64,000 bases of DNA from an uncultured Actinomycetes bacterium (GTDB taxonomy: Bacteria; Actinomycetota; Acidimicrobiia; IMCC26256; PALSA-610). The stretch is from the NCBI GenBank assembly GCA_963829195.1, contig CAWHHS010000006.1, forward strand, positions 798,006 to 862,005. Direction: 5' to 3'. Position 1 is the stretch's first letter, and each line of letters starts with the position of its first letter. A program made the position numbers and the translations under genes. Positions 58,476 through 64,000 of the stretch are shown here, piece by piece. Below the pieces are notes generated by a model. That model saw nothing but the letters and a program-made list of their open reading frames with translations. It did not search any database and was not told where the DNA came from.

Positions 58476-59873
58476 TCAGATCTCGAGCGGCTCGTACCCG
58501 AGCTGCTCGATGAGCGACGCGAGGTTGCCGGACGCGACTCCCTTGCGGACGCGGCGCACGAAGAACCAGCGTCATCATGAGGAGGCTGCCGAGGGCGCCG
58601 GCGATCGACCCGATCTCGACCCGCAGGAACAACTGGTGGCTCACGACGGCTGTGGTCGCCGCGAACGTGACGAGGCCGACCAGCCACGCGTACATCGTGA
58701 ACGCGTGCCCGGAAAGGGCGATGAGCGCCTGCGACATCGTGAGCGAGAGGATGAACAGACCGCTGCCGCACGCGAGCAGCGCGACGTCGCGCCGCCCGAG
58801 GTTGAACTTCGCGCCGAACAACATCCGGCCTACCGTCGGTCCACCGATCCATCCGGCCACGACGCCGAGCACGCCGATCGCGAGCACCACGTAGACGAGG
58901 CGGCGAACGCCGACGCGGAACTCGTCGTTGCGGCCCGCGCTGACCATCGACGTGAGCCCGGGCAGCAGCGCGGCCTGGACCGCCTGGAACAACACGATCG
59001 GGATGCGGGAGAGGAACAGTCCGACGATGAAGTCGGCGACTGCGGTGCGTTGGTTCGGCTTGGCGAGCACCTTGCGCGCCGATGAACGGGGCGTAGCCGA
59101 GCACCTGCGCGAACAGCGAGCCGCCGAGGAGGTACCCGAGGTTGGCCGAGATCTCACCGAACGGCGCGGGCGGGCCCGGAAGCATCAAGTCCGGTGACGG
59201 CCCCGCAACGCGATCGCGGTGGCGAGCAACGGCGGGATCGCGAGGCAGAGCCCGAACCACACGGGGTTCTTGGCGCCGACGAGCGCGAGCGGGATGCACG
59301 GCGCGAGGCGCAGCAGTGCCTCCGCCGCCATGCTCACGCCGTACGCACCGAAGTTCCCGGTGCCGGCGAAGGCGCCGCGCGCGAGGTATTCGATCGCGAA
59401 GGTGAACAACGCGACGACGAGGCAGATGACGAGCCCGGGATGGCCGGCGAACTGGTGGGAGACGAACGGGGTCGTGAACGCGACCGACGACCACGACGAG
59501 GGCGATGAGCACCGCGAACCCGCCGCCGAGGGGGCTCGCCCGCCGCACGATCGGCGCGCCGCCGATGCCGTGCACCCTCCGCGCGGCCATCGCCCGGCCG
59601 AGCTCCTGCTCGAGCGGCAGGAAGATGCCCGGCGCGAGCACGAACACGACGACCCAGAGCGTGTTGAGCGCGCCGTAGTCGAGCTTGTTGAGACCCCGGA
59701 ACGCGAGGATCTGGAAGGCGTAGGTGGCCAGCCCGGCGATGACGAGGCCCGCACCCGACCGCGAACGTGCCCTCGGGAACCGGCGCCCGGGCGGCGAGCC
59801 GCCGCCCGCGCTCGAGGCGCGACAACGCCGGTGATGCGGTCACCCCGCCGGGATGGGGATCGTTCGTCTCCAT
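58476..59873 (-). pseudogene. polysaccharide/oligosaccharide flippase-like (MOP superfamily) membrane protein; at least 4 frame breaks
   Basis: ATG 59873 (METNDPH...). TM-rich pieces in three frames (VFVLAPGIFLPLEQELGRA; FAGHPGLVICLVVALFTFAIEYLARGAF; FIVGLFLSRIPIVLFQAVQAALLP...; tail FFVRRVRKGVASGNLASLIEQLGYEPLEI-stop 58476). Family call is tentative. Confidence 0.45.
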
Positions 59874-59978
59874 CGAAGCCAACGGTTGAGCTCGCTCTCG
59901 CCTTGCCGAGGGGGCGTCATCGGAATCCAGGTCCACGACGCTACGCGAATCGGCGATGCGCGCCCGGCCGCGGTCATC

Positions 59979-60350
59979 CTAGATGACGGTCCCCCCGGAT
60001 CTCAGGTGCGCAGCGGTCAGGAAGCGCCGGAGACGATCGGCGCGAACCCGCTGGAGGGCGACGGGCGCGACGGCCGGCGCCGGCTGGTAGAGCCCGCCTC
60101 CGCCGTCGTCGCTCGGGACCGGCGGGACCGTCGCCGTCGCACCTTGTGACGCCGATGCCGACGACCCCGACGCCGTCGTCCCCGTCTTCACCCCGGCCGC
60201 GGGCCGGCCGACGTGCGCGGCGAGACCCGCAAAGGCGCCGGTCCCGGCCAGGGCGCCGGCCATGGTCCAGCGGGTGATCGCGGAGATGCGATGGAGCCCC
60301 GCATCACGGTTGGTCCGGGAGAACCGGGTCGTCTTCATGGCACCGATCAT
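59979..60350 (-). CDS. hypothetical small membrane-anchored protein
   Basis: TM WTMAGALAGTGAFAGLAA followed by a Ser/Thr/Ala/Pro-rich region. No family recognised. C-terminus uncertain. Confidence 0.3.
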   Translation of the reverse strand: MIGAMKTTRFSRTNRDAGLHRISAITRWTMAGALAGTGAFAGLAAHVGRPAAGVKTGTTASGSSASASQGATATVPPVPSDDGGGGLYQPAPAVAPVALQRVRADRLRRFLTAAHLRSGGTVI

Positions 60351-60466
60351 CGTCGAGAACGATGTGAGCTTCCTCGCGATTGGGTGTGAGGGAGCCGAGC
60401 ATCGGGTTAGGGCCTCGCCAAGGCGCCGTTCCCCGCCTCTAACCTCGCGGAGTCCACACTCGCCCG

Positions 60467-61612
60467 TTGATGGCCCCGGCGCGGACCGCGCACCGAAAGA
60501 GACGACGCGTTGTGCTCGCGCTCCTGCTGGCGCTGATCGCGATTCCCACGTGGTCGCTCGCGCGAGTCCTGACGGCGAGCAACAGCGACCCGCTCGGCGC
60601 CCGGGCAGTCGAATGGGCTCGTGACCACCAACTCGGTGGCGTGGTCGGGTCCGTCGAGCGCATCTGGTACTCGCACCACCAGCCCCCGAAGGGCGGCACG
60701 CCGAAACAGGGAATTCCCAAGGCCCCGGCCCAAGCGACGCCGACCACGACGCGGGCGGCAGGCGTGCCGGTCGAGTCCACCGCGCCGCCGAACGTGCAAC
60801 CGCTCGTCGCCACGCCGCTCCCTGGTGAGGGCATCTGGCAGCCGAGCGGCAGGAACGTCGGCGGCCGGCCCGCCTTGTGGATCACCTACCTTCGCCCGGA
60901 TCCGGTGCACACGAGCCTGCTCGCCGGTCTCGCGCGTCTCGACATGACGCGACTGCGGGCGACGCTGCACGCCGGCACCCAATTGCCGGGCGGGAGCGGA
61001 TGGCTGCACGGCGCCGAGGTCGCGGCGGCGGACTATCCCACGGCGATCGCCGCGTTCAACAGCGGGTTCCGCCTCGACAACAGCGGGGGCGGGTACTACG
61101 CGGAAGGCCGCACCGTGCGCCCGCTCATCCCCGGGCGGGCATCGCTCGTCACCTACGCCGACGGTCACGTCGACATCGGCGTCTGGGGCGGCGACGCAAC
61201 GATGACCTCGTCCGTGACCGCGGTACGCCAGAACCTCTCGCTGATCGTCGACAACGGCGCCGTAACTCCCGGCGTCGCCACCGAGAGCAGCGCGCAGTGG
61301 GGCGGCACGGTCGGCAACCGGATCTACGTGTGGCGATCAGGGGTGGGAGTCGACGCGCACGGGAACCTCGTCTACGCCGCGGGCCCGGGCCTCGACGTCG
61401 CGACCCTCGCCGAGTTGCTGCGCCGGGCCGGGTGCGTGCGGGCCATGGAGCTCGACATCAATACGTCGTGGGTGTCGTTCACCGTCTTCGCGCCCGGCCC
61501 CGCGCCCGGCGGACTGCACGGCACGAACCTGTTGTCGACCATGGTCCGGCCCGGCGACCGCTACCTGTCCGCCGGAACCCGCGACTTCGTCGAGGTCGAC
61601 GCCCGCCGCTGA
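60467..61612 (+). CDS. phosphodiester glycosidase family protein (DUF2233/NAGPA-like), membrane-anchored
   Basis: Intact 381 aa. Anchor VVLALLLALIAIPTW. ...AAFNSGFRLDNSGGGYY...VRQNLSLIVDNG...RSGVGVDAHGNLVYAAG...AMELDINTSW. Confidence 0.7.
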   Translation: MMAPARTAHRKRRRVVLALLLALIAIPTWSLARVLTASNSDPLGARAVEWARDHQLGGVVGSVERIWYSHHQPPKGGTPKQGIPKAPAQATPTTTRAAGVPVESTAPPNVQPLVATPLPGEGIWQPSGRNVGGRPALWITYLRPDPVHTSLLAGLARLDMTRLRATLHAGTQLPGGSGWLHGAEVAAADYPTAIAAFNSGFRLDNSGGGYYAEGRTVRPLIPGRASLVTYADGHVDIGVWGGDATMTSSVTAVRQNLSLIVDNGAVTPGVATESSAQWGGTVGNRIYVWRSGVGVDAHGNLVYAAGPGLDVATLAELLRRAGCVRAMELDINTSWVSFTVFAPGPAPGGLHGTNLLSTMVRPGDRYLSAGTRDFVEVDARR

Positions 61613-61715
61613 CCGGCACCGACCGCGTCACCGACGGCTCTCCGACCCCGCCGCGCACGACCGGGCCGGAGAGCGCATCGCATCGTTTTCGTTCGGGCCC
61701 GCCTCGTTCCCGCGC

Positions 61716-61880
61716 TCACGCGCGGACGTCGACGGAACCTCCCTTGCTGCCGTCGTTGTCGCCGTCCGAGTCGCTTCCGACCGCGACGGGCGCGGACGTG
61801 CGCGCCGGCGCGGCCGCGGCGGCCGGAGGACTGACCTGGGGGACGTAAGCGGCACCTGAGCTGACCGCGGAGATACTCAT
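61716..61880 (-). CDS. small protein, possibly YjfB-like
   Basis: GGAAGGA SD 9 nt before ATG 61880. 54 aa: MSISAVSSGAAYVPQ...KGGSVDVRA. N- and C-termini resemble B. subtilis YjfB (MDIAALS...GGNIDIKL) from memory only. Confidence 0.3.
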   Translation of the reverse strand: MSISAVSSGAAYVPQVSPPAAAAAPARTSAPVAVGSDSDGDNDGSKGGSVDVRA

Positions 61881-62009
61881 GTCGGGATGTCCTTCCGTGG
61901 GTACCGACGATTGTCGGCAGCTCGTCATCGGCGCGCCCGGGCCATACCCTGCGTGCATTCGCGGCTTCCGGTGACAACCTTTGCCCAACGCTGAACTTCG
62001 GGCGCGGAC

Positions 62010-62633
62010 TCAGCGCGGGTGCAGGTGTTGCCAGGCGTGCGCCCAGCTCAGCGAGACGATCGCGAGCGTGACGCCGACGACGACGGCCGCGGCGACGATC
62101 CCGAACCGGGCGGAGGCGCCGGGCGCTGCCGCGCGCTGCGATCTCCGCCAGTCGGCGAACGCCAGCGCGGGTGTCTCCAGTGCGTGGCCGAGCACGTGCA
62201 CCGTCATCGCGCCGAACCACAGCACAAAGCTCGCCTTGTGCGCGAACACCACGAAGCTCGAGCCCTTGGCGAGCACGGCGGCGATACCGGTCGCCAACAC
62301 CGCAACCGTGAGCACGGTCACCACCGGGCCCAACAGCCGCAAAATGATCGGCGGGGGCCCCTTCTCGACGTAATCGCGTTGTCCCCGGTAGTAGCGAGCG
62401 AACCGGTAGGTGGTGCTGGCGACCTTCGCGGTTGCGAACGCGACGAGCAGCATCCCGACAACGACGTGGACGACGATCAGCTGGTGGATGCGCGGGATCG
62501 TCACGCCCTCGACGAACAAGAGGACGAAGATCACCGCGCCGAGCGTGCCGGTGAGGCGCGCGTTCCCGGAGACGTTGGTCGACACCCGTGCATCTTGCAC
62601 GGGCGGACCATCGGAGAGCGGTCGCGCCGACAC
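62010..62633 (-). CDS. polytopic membrane protein with conserved His residues (family not assigned)
   Basis: 207 aa with 4-5 TM spans (LGAVIFVLLFVEGV; IVVHVVVGMLLVAFA; VVTVLTVAVLATGIAAV; SFVLWFGAMTVHVLGH; IVAAAVVVGVTLAIV). Confidence 0.55.
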   Translation of the reverse strand: MSARPLSDGPPVQDARVSTNVSGNARLTGTLGAVIFVLLFVEGVTIPRIHQLIVVHVVVGMLLVAFATAKVASTTYRFARYYRGQRDYVEKGPPPIILRLLGPVVTVLTVAVLATGIAAVLAKGSSFVVFAHKASFVLWFGAMTVHVLGHALETPALAFADWRRSQRAAAPGASARFGIVAAAVVVGVTLAIVSLSWAHAWQHLHPR

Positions 62634-62727
62634 ATCTTAACCTTCGCATTACCCCGGATACGGACGCGCTCCGGTCCGGACCGCGCGTTACCCATCGCTG
62701 ACCCGGCGGACCGTACGCTTGGGCGAG

Positions 62728-63920
62728 ATGAGATCAACACGATCCGGAAGTCGAGCGGCGGGCGCGGCATGCATCGTCGCACTCTTGTTGGCGTCGTGCG
62801 GTAGCGGCGGCGGGAAGAACGGCGCCGGCAAACGCGCCATCCTCGTCGACCGCACCGACAACCGGCGCTTCGCCGGGCGCGGCCTCGTCGTCGACCTCTG
62901 CGGTAACGGCGACCGCCACGGGGCGCGCGACATCTACGCCGCGGATCGCCCGAACGCGCTCTCTCCGGTCGTGAAGAACATCCGGCCCCTGGTGTACGTT
63001 CCGAATTCCCTCAGTAACACGGTCGATGTGATCGATCCGTTCACCGCGCAGGTGATCGATCAATTCGCGGTCGGCGTCTTGCCGCAGCACGTCGTCCCCG
63101 CCTGGGACCTGAAGACGTTGTACGTGACGAACGACCGCAGCAACACGCTGACGCCAATCGATCCTGCGACCGGGCAACCCGGCACGAACATTCCCGTCGA
63201 CGACCCGTACAACATGTACTTCACCCCCGACGGCAAGTACGCGATCGTGGTCGCCGAACGCCTCGAACGCCTCGACTTCCGCGACCCTCACACCTTCGCG
63301 CTCGTGAAGTCGGTGCACGTCGACTGTCTCGGCGTCGACCATCTCGACTTCTCCGCGGACGGCCGGTATCTCATCGCGAGTTGTGAGTTCTCGGGCAAGG
63401 TGCTGAAGCTCGATCTGGTCACGCAGACCCTGACCGGCATCATTCCCCTCCACGGCGGGAACTCAATGCCCCAGGACGTCAAGCTCGATCCGACGGGTCG
63501 CACGTTCTACGTCGCCGATAACGAGCGCGGCGGCGTGTACACGATCGACGGCGCCACCTTCACGGTCACGGGGTTCATACCGACGGGGGCCGGCGCGCAC
63601 GGCCTCTACGTGAGCCGCGACTCGAAGACGCTGTACGTCACCAACCGTAAGGCGGGCACGGTCTCGTTGCTCGACTTCGCGACGAACACCGTCGTGGGAC
63701 CTGGGTCATCCCCGGTGGCGGATCGCCCGACATGGGCGGCGTCTCCGCCGACGGCAAGGTGTTCTGGGTGTCGGGCCGTTACAACGGCGTCGTGTACGCG
63801 ATCGACACGACAACCGGCGCGCTGCTGCACAAGATCCAGGTCGGCTCCGGCCCGCACGGGCTCGCGGTCTTCCCTCAACCCGGACTCCACTCGCTCGGTC
63901 ACACCGGCGTCTACCGCTGA
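62728..63920 (+). CDS. YVTN-family beta-propeller lipoprotein; one frame break
   Basis: Absent from the ORF track because its first frame has no stop before the window end. Starts MRSTRSGSRAAGAACIVALLLASCGSGG (lipobox). Repeats: YVPNSLSNTVDVID, LYVTNDRSNTLTPID, FYVADNERGGVYTID, LYVTNRKAGTVSLLD. The last blade and stop are in the frame of 63732..63920. A -1 break lies at about 63697 (GGG run). Confidence 0.75.
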
Positions 63921-64000
63921 TCACCCGATGACGAGATCCCCGATCGACGCCGCGGCGCGTGCGCCGCCGCCTTCCGATGCTGTCGCGTGCGCGAGTCGCG

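Noticed and set aside
6042-63920. Programmed ribosomal frameshifting or transcriptional slippage as the explanation for the frame breaks
   Set aside because: There are far too many sites, in unrelated genes. No shared slippery heptamer or downstream structure is present. The breaks sit in ordinary C/G runs.
1-64000. Mobile elements, prophage or defence systems
   Set aside because: No transposase, integrase, recombinase, nuclease/helicase/methylase or terminal inverted repeats were recognised in any frame.

Overview
GC-rich actinobacterial chromosomal window (WhiB-family genes, class F sortase, encapsulin) with about 65 recognisable genes. I saw no rRNA, tRNA, CRISPR array, transposase or integrase.

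Layout:
- 0-10.5 kb: signalling block. Two EAL genes plus a SARP regulator (translationally coupled), a sigma factor, two WhiB genes, PilZ, a CheY-like regulator, an S8 protease with a Trp-pentad tail, a histidine kinase and a degenerate ParA/MinD.
- 10.5-19 kb: mixed genes, including a DUF3494 surface protein next to a class F sortase.
- 19.3-21 kb: family-1 encapsulin with an EncFtn cargo. A 13-bp repeat array lies in its leader and a cNMP-binding gene is divergent.
- 21-25.4 kb: visibly lower-GC envelope-modification islet.
- 25.4-38 kb: S15-type hydrolase, split DipZ-like redox pair, a 3 x 44-bp tandem repeat, modABC, dehydrogenases and an MFS pump.
- 38.5-47.9 kb: the most interesting unit. 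A cobalamin-riboswitch-like leader precedes seven coupled genes: fused and split transcobalamin-like surface proteins, ECF T/AA'/S, and an amidase.
- 48-60 kb: catabolic and envelope genes.
- 60-64 kb: phosphodiester glycosidase, membrane protein and a YVTN beta-propeller lipoprotein.

Major caveat: dozens of reading-frame breaks interrupt otherwise clear genes. Most are +1/+2 nt insertions in C/G runs. They are very unevenly distributed and densest at 48.6-59.9 kb. Many CDS are therefore reported as frame-disrupted spans with approximate ends. All family calls come from motif recognition by eye; no searches were run.
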